From assembly GCA_037447475.1 (NCBI GenBank), contig JBBIGP010000004.1, positions 7,713-71,712 of the forward strand: 64,000 nt of DNA, read 5' to 3'. The notes under the pieces were generated by a model that was given only the letters and a program-made list of their open reading frames with translations, was not told the origin of the DNA and made no database searches. This document shows positions 63,003 to 64,000 of this stretch, one piece after another; the first letter of the stretch is position 1; each line of letters opens with the position of its first letter. The DNA comes from Candidatus Aminicenantes bacterium (GTDB taxonomy: Bacteria; Acidobacteriota; Aminicenantia; Aminicenantales; Saccharicenantaceae). A program made the position numbers and the translations under genes.

Positions 63003-63998
63003 TCAGCGGCACCCGTCAGGGACGGCGACCGGCCCTTTCCCGCCGCGGAGAACGCCGGCGATCTCCTCGACGAGCGGCTTCGAGCCGAGGTAGAGGGCCG
63101 TCCGCTGATGGTGATGTTCCGGGACGATGTCGAGAATGGGCCGGCCGCTCTCGTCCACGGCCGCGCCCCCGGCCTCGCAGCACATGAAGGCCACGACGGC
63201 CGCCTCGTACATCAGCCGGAGCTTGCCCTGGGGGCGGTTCTTCTTGGGGTTGGGGTGGTTGACGATGGCCGGGTACATGAACAGGCCGCCGTTGAGGAGG
63301 ATGCGATGGAAGTCGCCGGCCAGGGCCCCGAGATAGCGGAAGACGAAGGACGTCTCGTTCTTCCGGACCCACTCCTGGATGCCCGCGGCGCAGTGTTCGA
63401 GGTTGGCGGCGTTGAAGGACAGCTCCCATGTCTTGCGGTCCTCGGGCAGGACCATCCGACGGGGCTTGACGTAGTTCATCATCTCGTCGATGTGGAACCG
63501 CCAGCAGCCCGCGTCGCGCAGGGCCAGGGTGAAGGTTCCCGTGGGGATGACGAACATCCCGGCCGCCCGGAACTCGTTGCCGGCCCGGAGGTGGTTGTCC
63601 TCCGGGCCTTCGAGGTTCCGCTTGCCGATCCCGAAGAGGAACCCCACCGGCAGGTTGTGGGGGACGTTGGACGTGCCGTCCATCGGGTCGTAGTAGAGGA
63701 AGTAGCGCCCCCCCTCGACGTTCATGGGGATGATGTCCTCCTCCTCCTCGGAGACGGCGTGGATGACCCGGCCCGACCTCAGGAGGTAATGCTTGACGAC
63801 CTCGTTGGCGATGTCGTCCATCTTCATGACGTCCTCGCCCTGGACGTTGACCGAGCCGGCCAGGCCGAGGTTCCCGTGCAGGGCCCCGGTCAGATAGTAG
63901 TACTGGATGCGCTTGGCGGCGTTGAGGATGGAGTTCATGAGGATGAGGAAGTGATAGGTCCGGTGATGGCGCTCCTGGTGCTCGAGAAGGAAATCCAT
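63003..63998 (-). CDS. fbp: Fructose-1,6-bisphosphatase class 1
   Basis: AVSEEEEDI, YDPMDGTSN, MYPAIV and KLRLMYEAAVVAF motifs. ATG at 63998 near the window edge, so a longer N-terminus cannot be excluded. Confidence 0.9.
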   Translation of the reverse strand: MDFLLEHQERHHRTYHFLILMNSILNAAKRIQYYYLTGALHGNLGLAGSVNVQGEDVMKMDDIANEVVKHYLLRSGRVIHAVSEEEEDIIPMNVEGGRYFLYYDPMDGTSNVPHNLPVGFLFGIGKRNLEGPEDNHLRAGNEFRAAGMFVIPTGTFTLALRDAGCWRFHIDEMMNYVKPRRMVLPEDRKTWELSFNAANLEHCAAGIQEWVRKNETSFVFRYLGALAGDFHRILLNGGLFMYPAIVNHPNPKKNRPQGKLRLMYEAAVVAFMCCEAGGAAVDESGRPILDIVPEHHHQRTALYLGSKPLVEEIAGVLRGGKGPVAVPDGCR

Positions 63999-64000
63999 GA

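Overview
GC-rich bacterial chromosomal segment, densely coding, with about 60 CDS and 2 tRNA genes. I saw no rRNA, CRISPR array, transposase or integrase. The gene content (CarboxypepD_reg/TonB-type outer-membrane protein, several ECF sigma modules, DUF4097/DUF5668 envelope proteins) suggests an Acidobacteriota-like or related uncultivated lineage; this is a low-confidence inference. Housekeeping genes: guaB (partial), secA, feoAB, glgP-type phosphorylase, uvrC, uvrB, trmH, ispH, fbp, tRNA-Gly(CCC) and tRNA-Leu(CAA). Other loci: two ECF sigma/anti-sigma modules; a nine-gene overlapping isoprenoid operon (23.2-31.0 kb); a thiol-redox module (52-56.8 kb); an amino-sugar utilisation cluster (56.8-62.9 kb). 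The most interesting region is 34.9-45.3 kb, which holds two convergent operons. The minus-strand operon encodes two exported type-II-PI4K-like kinase proteins, a TLC (ATP/ADP-translocase family) transporter, and an exported PPP-type phosphoesterase fused to a third, degenerate kinase-like domain. The plus-strand operon encodes a STAS protein, a second TLC transporter fused to HEAT repeats, and an FHA-GAF-PP2C-HATPase protein. I read these together as a candidate, undescribed extracytoplasmic phosphorylation / nucleotide-exchange system. A second notable signal is a ~90-nt AT-rich perfect-stem hairpin element present twice (11.7 kb and 46.9 kb) with a compensatory stem substitution. All domain calls rest on motif recognition by eye and remembered family signatures. 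No database search was run. Many start codons are re-picked from the ORF track, which counts GTG/TTG as M and often over-extends the N-terminus in this GC-rich DNA.
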